DNA of 33,413 bases, taken from a plasmid. Positions 33,338-33,413 of this stretch are shown here, in pieces; position 1 is the first letter of the stretch, and the number at the start of each line of letters is the position of its first letter. The notes under the pieces are model-generated. The model was not told the DNA's origin. It saw only the letters and a program-made list of their open reading frames with translations, and did no database searches. The stretch lies in sequence record NZ_CP019031.1. One strand, given 5' to 3'. A program made the translations under genes and the position numbers.

Positions 33338-33413
33338 TTAAAGCCCCTCCTTCCTCCTCGGTAGTGGTCAAGTCGTCAATTTCACTGGGAGTTAAGACCA
33401 CGCGCTTTTGATA
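33330..33413 (-). CDS. 3' end of an upstream gene. It could be the VirB4 C-terminus if the molecule is circular.
   Basis: Open frame ...YQKRVVLTPSEIDDLTTTEEEGGALNE* whose stop overlaps the ATG of the 472-aa gene (ATGAGTAA). Confidence 0.35.
   Translation of the reverse strand, partial: YQKRVVLTPSEIDDLTTTEEEGGALNE

Overview
This window reads as most of a Gram-positive conjugative plasmid. It is low-GC overall, Lactobacillaceae-like, and its surface protein ends in an LPQTG sorting signal. No rRNA, tRNA or CRISPR array was seen.

The modules, in order:
1. A pIP501/pSK41-style transfer region on the minus strand. It carries a MOBQ relaxase next to a candidate oriT (a hairpin followed by TAAGTGCGC), then a small DNA-binding-like protein, several small membrane proteins including a VirB3-like one, a TrsD-like protein and the VirB4 ATPase. 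VirB4 runs off the 5' end of the window.
2. The rest of the same operon re-enters at the 3' end of the window. It encodes a TrsF-like protein, a CHAP-domain peptidoglycan hydrolase (VirB1-like), a VirB8-like protein, a thioredoxin-like CxxC protein, small membrane proteins, the VirD4 coupling protein, a lipoprotein, a VirB6-like polytopic membrane protein, a type IA topoisomerase and an ArdC-like HExxH antirestriction protein. This layout suggests the molecule is circular and the window covers almost all of it.
3. Between the relaxase module and the replicon lie two small divergent accessory genes and a three-gene toxin-antitoxin-like set (DinJ/RelB-like regulator, small protein, zeta-toxin-like P-loop kinase).
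4. A RepA_N theta replicon with iterons inside the rep gene and a structured leader with a candidate antisense RNA, followed by a ParA/RHH partition pair.
5. A mosaic accessory segment bounded by 166-bp direct repeats of the 3' end of a serine recombinase gene. It holds an orphan relB with an intact autoregulated promoter, a frameshifted and truncated yafQ toxin fused in frame to a high-GC, foreign-looking lipoprotein gene, and a hypothetical gene. An intact resolvase and an alpha/beta hydrolase follow.
6. A 6.4-kb island bracketed by two roughly 360-bp direct repeats, each carrying a promoter, a 62-aa ORF and a terminator. The island holds a 1057-aa collagen-binding MSCRAMM-type adhesin with five 270-bp tandem Cna-B repeats, an orphan xHH/HNH-type nuclease toxin module with a SUKH-family immunity gene, and a class I pyridine-nucleotide-disulfide oxidoreductase.

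All family assignments come from motifs read by eye in the translations. No searches were run.
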